From positions 1,617 to 65,616 of the forward strand of contig JADHWJ010000002.1 in assembly GCA_016783545.1 (NCBI GenBank): 64,000 nt of DNA, given 5' to 3'. Shown in pieces: positions 9,280-18,975 of this stretch (position 1 is its first letter; the number at the start of each line of letters is the position of its first letter). A model generated the notes under the pieces. That model did not search any database. It saw nothing but the letters and a program-made list of their open reading frames with translations, and was not told where the DNA came from. The position numbers and the translations under genes were made by a program. This DNA comes from Candidatus Aenigmatarchaeota archaeon. Its GTDB lineage: Archaea; Aenigmatarchaeota; Aenigmatarchaeia; QMZP01.

Positions 9280-11160
9280 TCAAACTAGCCTGATTGCGTC
9301 CAAATTATGCGGAACAATTGTTTCAACCCTAAAGGAATTATGCATGTCTTTTGCAAGTTCCATTGATCTCTTTTTTTCACCGTGGTTAATTATGACTCTG
9401 TCTGGCTTGCTTGCAATATTCCTCACATAGCCCATTAATTGCCTTCTGCCAGAATGCCCTGTTAAACCTTCGATTGTTTCAACATTCATTTCCATTCTAA
9501 TCACTTTTGTTTTTCCACCTTCTGTTCTAACAGGAATCTCTTTCCAACCTTTCTGTATTTTTCTACCCATTGTTCCGATTCCTTGATAACCTACAAAAAC
9601 CAGTGTATTTTTCTTCTCAGACGCGAATGCCTTCAAATACTCCATAACAGGTCCTCCTGAAAGCATACCTGATGTTGATATAACAACACACGGATCTCCG
9701 GAATCTATTATATCTTTTCTGGTTTTTGGCACAACCCTGTGGAATATGTCAGAAATAAACGGATTCTTTCCATAATGAAATATATTTTTTTGAAGATGTC
9801 TTGAAAGATATTCAGGATATGCAGTATGTATGGCCGTTGCGTCCCATATCATGCCGTCTATGTAAACAGGATATTTGAAATTACTGTCAGCCAGTATACA
9901 CATGACTTCCTGTCCTCTACCAACAGCGAATGATGGTATCAGAACCTTCCCTCCATTCTCAACAGTCTTGTTTATGATGCTCATTAGATTTTCTTCAACC
10001 TGCTTTCTTGGAGGAAGTATATTATCTCTGCCACCGTAAGTTGATTCCATTATAAGAGTCTCAACCCTTTGGAAGTTCTTAAATGCGGGTTCAAAAAGCT
10101 TTGTGGGTCCAAATTTGAAGTCGCTTGTATAAACAACATTGTGCAGACCTTCACCAATATGTAAATGAACAAGAGCAGAACCAAGAAGATGGCCAGATGG
10201 CTGTAAAGTAAGCCTTGTGTCCGCAGCAACATCAGTAACCTCTCCGTAATTAAGTGCAATTGTATGTTTTATGGTTTTCTCTATTGCCTTTTTGTTATAG
10301 TAGAGCTGCTTGCCTTCTTTCTGAGCAACCTCTATATAATCCAGGCACATCAGAACAAGTAAATCCCTTACAGGTGGAGTGCAATATAATGGTCCTTTAA
10401 AGCCCTGATCATATAAAAACGGAACAGCAGCGCAATGGTCGTTGTGACTATGTGTTAAAACAACACAGTCCAGTTTTTCAAGATCAAATTCAGGAGCTTC
10501 TAAATGTGGAAGTCTGTTTGAGCCAGGGTCTATACCACAATCCATTAGTATGTTGGCATGCTTTGTCTGCAAAAGAACACTGCTCATCCCAACACCTCTT
10601 GCACCACCAAGGAAGCTAAGCCTTACCCATTCATTTCTTCTCTGTTCCTCTGTCAAAAAACTGGAACTCACTTCCTGCCCAATCTTATTGAGGAATTTCT
10701 TCCTGTAATCTATTTCAGAATGAAGAAGATTTCTAACAGCTCTTACAACTTCAGAATCTATTGCAGGCGCTCTTTCTATTTTAGGAAGCCAGAATGTGGT
10801 ATCTTTTATTTTTCTAAAAGTCTCACCTGATTTGCCTATTATAACACCTGGTTTTGAGCTCTCTATAACAACCTTTCCAAGCTCTGGTTCGAAATATATT
10901 GCCTTTATAACATCTTTGTCAGAAACAATTTTGTGTATCTCTTTTTCTGTTTTCTCAGGGTCCATCATGATACTCATGTCTGCTCTTACTTCTACTCTTT
11001 TCTTCAGGTCTCTTACAATATCCCTTACTTTGCTTTCACATGTTTTGAAAAATTCTTTATTTTTTGTGTAAAGGACTATGTTTGAGCCCTCGAATTTTAC
11101 TTCAGAAATCTTCGCATCTTTTGGAAGTTTCTTTTCCAATTCCTGTAATATGCTGTTCAT
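9280..11160 (-). CDS. fttA: Archaeal CPSF1/FttA beta-CASP ribonuclease with KH domains
   Basis: N-terminal KH region, THSHNDH, SGHLLGSA, MESTYGG, TSGMLSGGP, GHSGR; next to psmB. Confidence 0.95.
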   Translation of the reverse strand: MNSILQELEKKLPKDAKISEVKFEGSNIVLYTKNKEFFKTCESKVRDIVRDLKKRVEVRADMSIMMDPEKTEKEIHKIVSDKDVIKAIYFEPELGKVVIESSKPGVIIGKSGETFRKIKDTTFWLPKIERAPAIDSEVVRAVRNLLHSEIDYRKKFLNKIGQEVSSSFLTEEQRRNEWVRLSFLGGARGVGMSSVLLQTKHANILMDCGIDPGSNRLPHLEAPEFDLEKLDCVVLTHSHNDHCAAVPFLYDQGFKGPLYCTPPVRDLLVLMCLDYIEVAQKEGKQLYYNKKAIEKTIKHTIALNYGEVTDVAADTRLTLQPSGHLLGSALVHLHIGEGLHNVVYTSDFKFGPTKLFEPAFKNFQRVETLIMESTYGGRDNILPPRKQVEENLMSIINKTVENGGKVLIPSFAVGRGQEVMCILADSNFKYPVYIDGMIWDATAIHTAYPEYLSRHLQKNIFHYGKNPFISDIFHRVVPKTRKDIIDSGDPCVVISTSGMLSGGPVMEYLKAFASEKKNTLVFVGYQGIGTMGRKIQKGWKEIPVRTEGGKTKVIRMEMNVETIEGLTGHSGRRQLMGYVRNIASKPDRVIINHGEKKRSMELAKDMHNSFRVETIVPHNLDAIRLV

Positions 11161-11208
11161 AATATAAACCGTAATATAATAGTTACTGCTCAAATTCATT
11201 GAGTATAA

Positions 11209-11862
11209 TTAATTTAGTAATTTTTCCACTTCTTCTGGTTCAATTTCATGCATGCCTTTTGAGTCTATAACAACAATGTCAATGCCTTTCCCACCTGATG
11301 CAATATCCCTTTCTCTTGCAGACCTTATGGCCCTTGCAACCATTACTTTTGCATCTTCAACACTCATACCCTTCTTATATTTATCCTCAAGAACGCCCAA
11401 TGCATATGGGGATCCAGATCCTGTTGAAAAATATTCCTTTTCCTCTGAAAGAGAGCCGCTGGGATCAAATGAATAGAGTTTTGGTTCTTTGTCATATCCT
11501 CCAACAACCAATTGCACTATGTAAGGATAAAACCTTCTTGAATAAAGGATATTTGCAATAAGGTTTGCTGCTGAATTAACACTTATCTTCCTCTCTTCTT
11601 TGAGACTGTAAAGCTTGATCTCTGCTTTAATATATCTTTCCAGTGCCTGCGCATCACCAACAAGACCAGCTATGGTCATTGCTATATGATCATCTAGTGG
11701 TAGTATTTTTTTGACATCTTTGCTTGCTACCATGTAGCCCATTGTAGCTTTTTTATCAGCTCCCAAAACAACAGCATTGTCACAAATAACACCAATAGTA
11801 GTTGTTCCGGTTTTCCTCATTTCTTCAGCTTTCGTCTCTCTATCTTTAAAATCTTGGTACAT
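11209..11862 (-). CDS. psmB: Proteasome beta subunit
   Basis: KTG|TTTIG propeptide cleavage, ADKKAT, STGSGSPYALG. Confidence 0.96.
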   Translation of the reverse strand: MYQDFKDRETKAEEMRKTGTTTIGVICDNAVVLGADKKATMGYMVASKDVKKILPLDDHIAMTIAGLVGDAQALERYIKAEIKLYSLKEERKISVNSAANLIANILYSRRFYPYIVQLVVGGYDKEPKLYSFDPSGSLSEEKEYFSTGSGSPYALGVLEDKYKKGMSVEDAKVMVARAIRSARERDIASGGKGIDIVVIDSKGMHEIEPEEVEKLLN

Positions 11863-12061
11863 TTCCCACCTAATTAGAATTTTAATCGCACTGTATAAGC
11901 AATTTAATATTATGTTTTATTTTACATAAACTACTTTATAAAGGTTTTATTCCCATGATTTACCCACTCATTTTTATACCATCAATCCATAGTTTATTTA
12001 TAAGTAAAAAAATACAAATTTCAATAACAAGCTAGCTTTTGAAATAAGGGATTATGGTTTT

Positions 12062-13186
12062 ATGGCCAAGAAAATAACAAAAAAGAAAGAGATTGAAAAA
12101 CTTGGAAAAAAAGAAAGGATAGAGATTCTAAAGAAATTCACTAAAGAAGCTATAAAGAAATACGGTTCTGTGATAAGAAGCATTGTTCTTTTCGGTTCAA
12201 CCGCAAGAGCTGAGTTTAAAGGCGAGTCTGATATAGACATATTTGTTATTATAGATGATACAAAACAAAAGATGACACCTGAATTGAAAGAAAGGATTGA
12301 ATTCGGACTTGATGATATAGCAAAGGGAACACACAAATTACTTTCAATGCAACAGCCATATACACTGACAGAATTCTGGAGACTTGTTAGGATGGGTCAT
12401 CCTATTGTTTTTAATTTCATAAGAGAAGGGGTTCCAATATATGACAAGGATATCTTCCTTCCAATAAAAAGGCTTTTGCAGATGGGCGAGATAAGGCCTT
12501 CTGAAGAAGCGGTTGAAAAGTTTATTGAAAGAGGACCAAAGAGGATAAAAAGGGTTGAGTCAGCCAAGATGTACATGGTTGTTGAAGACTGTTATTACGC
12601 AATGCTTGAATCAGCACAGGCTGTTCTAATGTTTATGGGCAAATACCCGCCAAGACCTAATGAAACACCAAGTGTTCTTAGAAAAACAGTTGTTAAGATG
12701 AAACTTCTTGATGAAACATTTGTAAAATATCTTGAAGATGTCATTGAGATAAGGAAAAAAGTTGAGCATAAAAAACTAAAAGAGATGTCAGGAAATGATG
12801 TTGATGAATGGATTGAAAAGACAAAGAAATTTGTAAAGAAAATGAAAGGTCTTTTGGCAAAGATTGAGGTTCTAAAAAGAGAGAACATGGTTGAGAAGAG
12901 CTATGTGATAATGGAAGAGACAATAAAGACAATACTAAAGACAATGGATAAGACAGTTCCAATGGGAAGGCTAGGTCTAAATAAAAGCTTTGAAAAAGAT
13001 CTCATTAAGACAGGCCTTGTGCCTAATGTTTATTCAAAGGTCAATAATGATCTGGAGAAAATGCACAATCTTGTAAAGAAAGGAAAAATAATGGAAATCC
13101 AGAAGCAGGATATTCTTATTAACAGGGAATATGTCAGGAAATTTATCAGGGAAGCTGGCAAGCTAATGAAGCAGTATAAAAAATAG
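12062..13186 (+). CDS. Nucleotidyltransferase-HEPN fusion protein
   Basis: LFGSTAR..SDIDIFVIIDD followed by a helical HEPN-like region (YYAMLESAQA). Confidence 0.8.
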   Translation: MAKKITKKKEIEKLGKKERIEILKKFTKEAIKKYGSVIRSIVLFGSTARAEFKGESDIDIFVIIDDTKQKMTPELKERIEFGLDDIAKGTHKLLSMQQPYTLTEFWRLVRMGHPIVFNFIREGVPIYDKDIFLPIKRLLQMGEIRPSEEAVEKFIERGPKRIKRVESAKMYMVVEDCYYAMLESAQAVLMFMGKYPPRPNETPSVLRKTVVKMKLLDETFVKYLEDVIEIRKKVEHKKLKEMSGNDVDEWIEKTKKFVKKMKGLLAKIEVLKRENMVEKSYVIMEETIKTILKTMDKTVPMGRLGLNKSFEKDLIKTGLVPNVYSKVNNDLEKMHNLVKKGKIMEIQKQDILINREYVRKFIREAGKLMKQYKK

Positions 13187-13597
13187 TCATTCTCTAAGAC
13201 TTAATCCATATCTACCAAGAATTTCTTTTACAGCTCTAAGTGATGTGGGACCAAAATGTTCATAATATAACAAATCCTTTTCAGATCTTGTTAAAAGTTG
13301 AGTGATAAGCCGAATTCCTTTAGCTTCAAAAACATTTTGACACCTTGCAGGAAACGGTAGTTCATCTACATTGCGATATGTAATATCTGTACCTGGTTCA
13401 GGGGTTTCTTTTCCCATATCATCCAGGGTAGTACATAGTTCATCTGTTACCCTATCAATCTCTTTTAGATAATTTTTTAAAAATTCGCTGTTCTCTGGAT
13501 CCTCATATTGATCCATTAAGTCCCTGGCAAATGTAGAATATCTTTTGGCTGTTGCCTTAAGGTATTCATGTCTTGCTGTCCGAATTTCCTGTTTCAT
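13187..13597 (-). CDS. Protein with C-terminal bacterial RNA polymerase alpha-CTD-like domain
   Basis: VDELPFPARCQNVFEAKGIRLITQLLTRSEKDLLYYEHFGPTSLRAVKEILGRYGLSL follows the RNA_pol_A_CTD pattern. Confidence 0.8.
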   Translation of the reverse strand: MKQEIRTARHEYLKATAKRYSTFARDLMDQYEDPENSEFLKNYLKEIDRVTDELCTTLDDMGKETPEPGTDITYRNVDELPFPARCQNVFEAKGIRLITQLLTRSEKDLLYYEHFGPTSLRAVKEILGRYGLSLRE

Positions 13598-13632
13598 ATA
13601 ATAAGATAAAATAACAGTTTATAAACACTTTA

Positions 13633-13649
13633 TCCCTTTAAAATGACAA
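13633..13649 (-). repeat. Conserved site copy TTGTCATTTTAAAGGGA
   Basis: Preceded by hairpin 13656-13688 and CTTTATA; followed by a TATA box. Confidence 0.9.
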
Positions 13650-13702
13650 TATAAAGAAGCCCTGTAAGATTGCTCAAACAGGGACTTCGTTGAGCCAACC
13701 TT

Positions 13703-13996
13703 TCAAAAAAGTAGGCTGACACTCAACAGGAGCGCTGCCAGATTGGCCACAGGTAATCCTGTTGTTACTGTCAAGAAAATCGTGTTGGCTAGGAAATTCA
13801 GTGATACTGTGTGCATCACCGGCCTCCACCAAAGATCCGCGTTGTGTGTGAAGAATTGCGAACCCAGGATGTTGCAGAGGACAATGATAATACAGTACGA
13901 AACAACAATATTGTCCACCTTCTTTTTTGCCCTTGAATAATCTATGACTATGAAGGCAAGGGACAGTACGCTTAACACTAGCCATCTAACATCCAT
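13703..13996 (-). CDS. Orphan small multi-pass membrane protein (97 aa)
   Basis: AAGGAG RBS before MDVRWLVLSVLSLAF; three hydrophobic segments. Confidence 0.7.
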   Translation of the reverse strand: MDVRWLVLSVLSLAFIVIDYSRAKKKVDNIVVSYCIIIVLCNILGSQFFTHNADLWWRPVMHTVSLNFLANTIFLTVTTGLPVANLAALLLSVSLLF

Positions 13997-14185
13997 CGGT
14001 TTCTCCTTGAAAGACTCTTTCCAGACAACTGATTCCAGTTTCTGTTCAGAGCAAGACCTAAGAAAAACAGTTCTCTCAGTACGTGTGTTGGAAAAAAACA
14101 AAACAACATTTTACAGCCTGTTTTGCTAAAACAATATTACTATTCGTAATGTTATTTATAAGTGTTTTTTTAACAAGAAATTGAG

Positions 14186-14485
14186 CTATTCCTTTCTTTT
14201 TCCGCTGCCATATTTGTTATACCAGCAAAGAATTGTCCATCTGGAAACCTTTATGCCTTCATATCTTTCCAAGTGCTTTTTTGCTTCTGCAAGAGAAAAG
14301 CCCTTTTCATATAAAGAAACAGCTTTCATGATATCTTTTCTACTGAACCTCATTCTCCAATAACCATCATGCAATGTGAATTTCCTTCCGCATTTCTTGC
14401 AAAGCCTAAGTCTTTTCTTAGTCCTATCATTATACCTGTATCCCCTGAATACAATACTTTCTGAATCGCAATATGGGCACTTCAT
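14186..14485 (-). pseudogene. Zn-ribbon + HTH protein resembling an IS6/IS1-type transposase N-terminus; no DDE domain
   Basis: MKCPYCDS..CKKCGRKF, HTH ending VSRWTILCWYNKY; stop before any catalytic domain. Confidence 0.6.
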
Positions 14486-14566
14486 GCTTATCACTCTGTA
14501 CTAAAACTTTTGTTTTCAGAGCTAATAAATGTACTATTAGAGGGATATCTTCCGGCCTTATAAATA

Positions 14567-14583
14567 TCCCTTTTAATTGACAC
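14567..14583 (-). repeat. Conserved site copy GTGTCAATTAAAAGGGA
   Basis: Preceded by hairpin 14594-14615 and CTTTATA; followed by TATTTATAAG. Confidence 0.8.
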
Positions 14584-14589
14584 TATAAA

Positions 14590-15740
14590 GGCAAGGTGGT
14601 CGGCGTAGGCCACCTATGGTCTGGAAATAGGATACTCTCCAAGGATCTCCGGTTCGAAGAGCCAGTTTCAGCCCCGGTACAATGAAGAGGACCGTTTGAG
14701 CGGGATCCTGATCCCAAAATACCGTCATCATTGTGTCGGGGGTTCCAGTGTCCCGTTTCGGCGCGCTCCAATAAAACATAGAGGAGCGATTGGCCGAGGA
14801 CTGTGCCGGGAGGACCCCCTGTGTTGGTGCTTACCTACCGGACCACCATTGCCCACCGAGAGCCTGTAGCCTTATCAGGGCTCGACTCCCGATAATTCCT
14901 ATTATTGGAGGCTTTTGGATTGTCTGTTTTGGGGCTACCTGAGACCACCTCATGTGGGTGGAAAGGTCTCGCCCCGTTTATGGTTCCCTCCCATTAGAAG
15001 GAGACCCTGAAGGATCTCCTGGGAGTCAAGTGCCTCCCCTTCGGTACAACTAACGCTCAGTGGGATAACTCCCCCCACCGTTCGTTACGAATCACATGAG
15101 GTGCGACCCAAGTCAGCCGAATCCGAACCTCATTTGCGTACTCCCCCTTTCGGGTAAGGTGCCCACCATGTTCTGGACGGGTTGGGTGGACACAGGTTGT
15201 CGGTTTCCGGTGCAACCGCCTTGCTAGGACTCCAGTAATCCCAGCTTTCGTGGCAGTTGGTAAGTGGTTGCCTCCGCGAGAGAGCAACCAACAATGCCTA
15301 GTGACTGGCCGAATTGGTGTTTGGCTTTATCTTTCAGTCTTCGCATAACACCCTTCTGCCACCTCGGACGCGAGGTTCAAAGTTGGATGTTAAAGCTAGG
15401 ACTTAGTCCTTGCCCTCGCAATTTGTTCTCCTTCCTTGCGTTGGCTAGTTTTGGCTCCCTTTAGAGCTCATCAGGAAAGCCAGCTTGGCCGAAGGAGATA
15501 TGCCAGTCTTTCAAGGTACGTCCTGATTTATAGAGATACGGTTTCTTGGCCAATAGCTACATAGGGTACTTCAAACGACAAAGCATGATGCAAATCATGC
15601 GTTTGACCTCCTTTCTAGCGGGGAGTAGGGCCATGAAAAAAATTTGGAGGGAGGGAGGCCGCCCGTGTGGGTCAGGCACGGACGACCTCCTGGGAGGGAG
15701 TTGGGTACGTAACCTAAGACAGAGAAAGATGTTAGTTTTC
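14590..15740 (-). ncRNA. Candidate large (~1.15 kb) structured non-coding RNA (island 4)
   Basis: GC-rich, no credible long ORF, dense hairpins; 14-bp helix 15654-15690 and helix 14999-15020 have G-U pairs only on the minus strand; CCC-GAAA-GGG and C-UUCG-G loops on minus. Confidence 0.65.
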
Positions 15741-15820
15741 TAGAAGTAGTACTAAAGAAAAAAATCATCTTCTCTGGGAGTTTGCAAAGCAAACCTTGTG
15801 AACTAATGAATATGAAATGA
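15740..15820 (-). promoter_or_regulatory. Conserved 5' leader shared with island 1, downstream of TATA box TTTAAATA (15851-15858)
   Basis: TTCATATTCA..GTTTGCTTTGCAAACTCCCAGAGAAGATGATTTTTTTCTTTAGTA versus 345-414. Confidence 0.7.
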
Positions 15821-15968
15821 TTAATGATACTTGACAATTCGCTCTTAATATTTAAATACTTATCCCATAAAAGTGGGAATTTCGTAAAGCCTCTTAAGGT
15901 TTCTTTTCCCAAGGGTTTTCTTGGGAGCAATATAAACAAAGAAGGTGGAAGCCTCTAAGAAAAGCCTT

Positions 15969-17990
15969 TTATACGAATTCTATCCTTTCAAACTTGCCTT
16001 TTTTCTCAAATTCCTTTACTGTAGAGATGAAAATAGTTGGCTTTCTCCCGCTTTCATAAGAGAATTTTGCAACTTCCTGTATGATTATGTTCTTTATGGA
16101 AGCGCTGGCGCATAAAAAATATTTGTTCTCTGAGACATCTTTTGCTATCTTGTCCCTGTCAAAACCAGTTTCTACCATAACAGAGATCTTTTTTCCACCT
16201 TCTTCAAATGTAAAGCAGTTCTTCTCTTCATTATATGTCCAGCCACTCTCAGAGAATATTGGATAGACATCATCTATGTTTATCTCCTTTTCCCCTTCTA
16301 TTCTACCAAATTGCTTCTCAAATATGCCCTGGCCAAGTTCTGTAAGATAATAATAATTTAGCTTGTTTTTCCCGACCTTTGCCTGTTTTATCTTAACCAG
16401 ACCAGAATCTATCAGGCCTCTTACATGTTTGTTAAATGTTGAGCCAGAAATCTTTACTGCTTTGTAAATCTGGGAAGTGAACGCAGCCCTGCCTTCACCC
16501 AAGACATGTAGTATATTCCAGCCCTGTTCTTCTAGTTCTTCTATCGGAATTTCGTCTGCTGGCTCCTTTTCAGACGAAGGCTCTTTTAGTCTTGCGAATA
16601 TTTCTGGAACCTGTGCTCTCATATGCTTTCTGACATCCTCATCTTTAATGGCACCTTTTCTCAATGAGTATTTTTTGAACTGGACAAGAAATGGGTCATG
16701 GAAAGCAGACATCCTCATTAGCATAAAACCATGCCCTATTGGTAGTTTTCTTAGATAGATACCCTGTTCTTCATAGTTTAGTCCTAGCATATTACTCGCA
16801 TCTAAGACATCAGACGCGTGTTTAGTATCCAGGCCCAGATTCATGTAGATATGTGTGGACGTGTTACCAAGTGCAGGATATGAAACAAGAGAAGGATGCT
16901 GGTCTATATAAATTATTCCCATACCAAGTTCCCTAATCTCTCTAAATATCAAATCCATGACTGTTTCTATACCAAGTGATGATGATTTTTCCCTATTCAA
17001 TACATGGTGCGCTTCTTCAAGTATAATAACACCCTGAAGCTCTTCCTTTTTCCCATGTATGAGAAGCCAATCTCTTATCCATTGAAGAATAATCTCTATG
17101 AAGAATGCCCTGTCATTTGCATCCAATGCATCTAGTTCTAATATGGTTATCTTTCCTTTCTGGAAAAATTCCGAGGGCTGAATACCTTCTTTGCATTTCC
17201 ATATCTCAGCAATCTCTCTGAAGCAAAGGCTTGCTAGAGGTCTTAGTGAAGTAGAAAGCCAGTTCCTTTCCCTTGATGAAAGAGACTCTCCTCCGTACCC
17301 CTCAAGCCAGCGTTTAATATCTGAAAGAATAGGATGCTGCTTCTCTTCGTGTATAGCATCCAGGCTTTTCATTATAAGATGCCTTCCGCCGCCCATAAGC
17401 ATGTACGCATGATCAAATATAGAAGAAAATTCCTTCATCCATTGGGATATCTGTATACCTTCTGGTGGTTTTAATGGATTGAATTTAAATGGTGCTGGAT
17501 CTCTTCCAATCGTATATACGTTTATGTGATCCTTTAGCTTTGTCTGTAAAAGATCCCTGTAATTTCTTTTGGAGAAATCAAATATCAGAATAGGAACATC
17601 ATTTTCGTTTATCTTATCTATAAGATCATATGCGATGTTTGTCTTTCCATAACCTGTAGAACCGAATATGCCTATGTGTGTAAGAAGCGCGTTCTTTCCT
17701 ATTTTCAGTGGATAGAGTCTTTTCTTTCCATATAGAACTTCTCCTATTTCTATATCACCAGACATTGCTATCTCTTTGTTTGGAGGTTCCATTAGAACAG
17801 AATCCCTTAGATCTTCATCAGAGAATGTAGCAGCCTTCAAAACATCAATAAGCTCAAATATTCTTTTCCTTGTGTCTTCGTCTGCCAGGAGGTATGCTCT
17901 TCCAAGTCTTGTAGCGCTTGCTTTTCCCAAGACAGGGATAAGTCTCTTTATTTCATCTGAAACCAGTCTTTCATGCATTTCTGTAACCAT
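15969..17990 (-). CDS. HerA/FtsK-like (DUF87) ATPase with C-terminal winged helix
   Basis: GIFGSTGYGKT Walker A, IILEEAHH Walker B, RELGMGIIYIDQHPS. Confidence 0.85.
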   Translation of the reverse strand: MVTEMHERLVSDEIKRLIPVLGKASATRLGRAYLLADEDTRKRIFELIDVLKAATFSDEDLRDSVLMEPPNKEIAMSGDIEIGEVLYGKKRLYPLKIGKNALLTHIGIFGSTGYGKTNIAYDLIDKINENDVPILIFDFSKRNYRDLLQTKLKDHINVYTIGRDPAPFKFNPLKPPEGIQISQWMKEFSSIFDHAYMLMGGGRHLIMKSLDAIHEEKQHPILSDIKRWLEGYGGESLSSRERNWLSTSLRPLASLCFREIAEIWKCKEGIQPSEFFQKGKITILELDALDANDRAFFIEIILQWIRDWLLIHGKKEELQGVIILEEAHHVLNREKSSSLGIETVMDLIFREIRELGMGIIYIDQHPSLVSYPALGNTSTHIYMNLGLDTKHASDVLDASNMLGLNYEEQGIYLRKLPIGHGFMLMRMSAFHDPFLVQFKKYSLRKGAIKDEDVRKHMRAQVPEIFARLKEPSSEKEPADEIPIEELEEQGWNILHVLGEGRAAFTSQIYKAVKISGSTFNKHVRGLIDSGLVKIKQAKVGKNKLNYYYLTELGQGIFEKQFGRIEGEKEINIDDVYPIFSESGWTYNEEKNCFTFEEGGKKISVMVETGFDRDKIAKDVSENKYFLCASASIKNIIIQEVAKFSYESGRKPTIFISTVKEFEKKGKFERIEFV

Positions 17991-18008
17991 AATTCCTCAA
18001 AATTTGCT

Positions 18009-18557
18009 CTATCTACCTTTGAATATTTTTACTATCTTTTTTTCTGTTTCAAATTGTTCTGAAAGCTCCCTAAACTCTGTTCTTAATTCCAATATATCCC
18101 GCCAGAACTGTAAATTTTCAGATCTTTTTTCCTTTCTAAGAATACTCATATCCAATTTTATGGCTCTCTTTTCATCAAGGTCTCCCACCTTCTCCATCAT
18201 CCTTTCCTTTTCTAATAAATCAACATCTATGTCATCTAAAACATCTTGGTGAATCTTTCCTCTCATTTCAATTGTCTTTTCTATCTCTTCTATTCTTGTT
18301 TTAAGAAATTCCACTCTGTCAAATAGACCACCAATAATATTAGGAGCAAGTCTTTCCAATGGCTGTATTTTTGTTTCCTCCATTTTTGGCATTGACCGTC
18401 TTTTGATAACCGTTTCAACTCTTTCTTCCACAGGTTTTTCTTCATATTCATCTTCCAGATCTTCAAGAAGTGTTTCTATCGGTGCTTCTGCCTCTTCTTT
18501 TTTCTTTTTATAAATATCGTCATCGTCTTCTGTTACATAACCTGGACCTATTGGCAT
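18009..18557 (-). CDS. Acidic coiled-coil protein, co-oriented with the ATPase
   Basis: 182-aa ORF, heptad-rich E/K/L/I. Confidence 0.75.
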   Translation of the reverse strand: MPIGPGYVTEDDDDIYKKKKEEAEAPIETLLEDLEDEYEEKPVEERVETVIKRRSMPKMEETKIQPLERLAPNIIGGLFDRVEFLKTRIEEIEKTIEMRGKIHQDVLDDIDVDLLEKERMMEKVGDLDEKRAIKLDMSILRKEKRSENLQFWRDILELRTEFRELSEQFETEKKIVKIFKGR

Positions 18558-18652
18558 TGTCTATCACCCTCCAAATAAATAAAATATCACAAGACAATAT
18601 ATACTTGTCTTTCTTACTAAAAAATGAAAGATATATTCTATGGAATTCGTAA

Positions 18653-18940
18653 CTAATACCCTGTGCTGCCGCTTGCCTTTGGATGATCTTTTTTCAATGT
18701 CCTTTTGCATGCCCTGTATGCATCTGAATTCGATGTTTCAGCTGGCAATGTAGTGCAGAGAATCTCCCTTTCTTTCAAAACAATTATATTACCATCTGTT
18801 CTTTCTCTGAAAATTTTTCTTAAAACCCTAACTTCTGTTTCATTCCTTTTAAAAAAATAGAATTCGTCACGTTCTCCACTGTACGCATATCCAGATTTAC
18901 CATCATCTTCATCTCTCCAAAAGACTTCTCCTTTAACCAT
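18653..18940 (-). CDS. Orphan protein
   Basis: 95-aa ORF with a TATA box and a degenerate conserved site upstream. Confidence 0.6.
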   Translation of the reverse strand: MVKGEVFWRDEDDGKSGYAYSGERDEFYFFKRNETEVRVLRKIFRERTDGNIIVLKEREILCTTLPAETSNSDAYRACKRTLKKDHPKASGSTGY

Positions 18941-18975
18941 TTTTATAGAAAGATAAATGATTTATAAAGTTCTTA

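Larger units (their letters stand above)
13633..14077 (-). mobile_element. GC-richer island 3 (putative cassette)
   Basis: Leader GAGAGAACTGTTTTTCTTAG (14058-14077), membrane gene, hairpin, site. Confidence 0.5.

Noticed and set aside
14541-14571. Possible archaeal dif site (AGGGATAT..CGGCCTTATAAATATCCCT)
   Set aside because: The resemblance to Thermococcales dif is partial and the arm spacing does not fit 11-6-11; better explained as conserved site plus TATA box.
15446-15474. Hammerhead-like CTGATGA-GCTC-TAAAGG-GAGC on the minus strand of the large RNA
   Set aside because: Stem II is followed by CAAA rather than the essential GAAA, and I could not find stems I/III or an NUH site. Not called, though a cleavage assay would settle it.
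14590-15740. rRNA fragment, group I or group II intron
   Set aside because: No universal rRNA motifs, no P7 pairing elements, no GUGYG start or domain V, and no interrupted host gene.
14573-15743. Short ORFs (62-76 aa) in island 4
   Set aside because: No RBS or consistent strand, no recognisable domains; composition is better explained by RNA stems.
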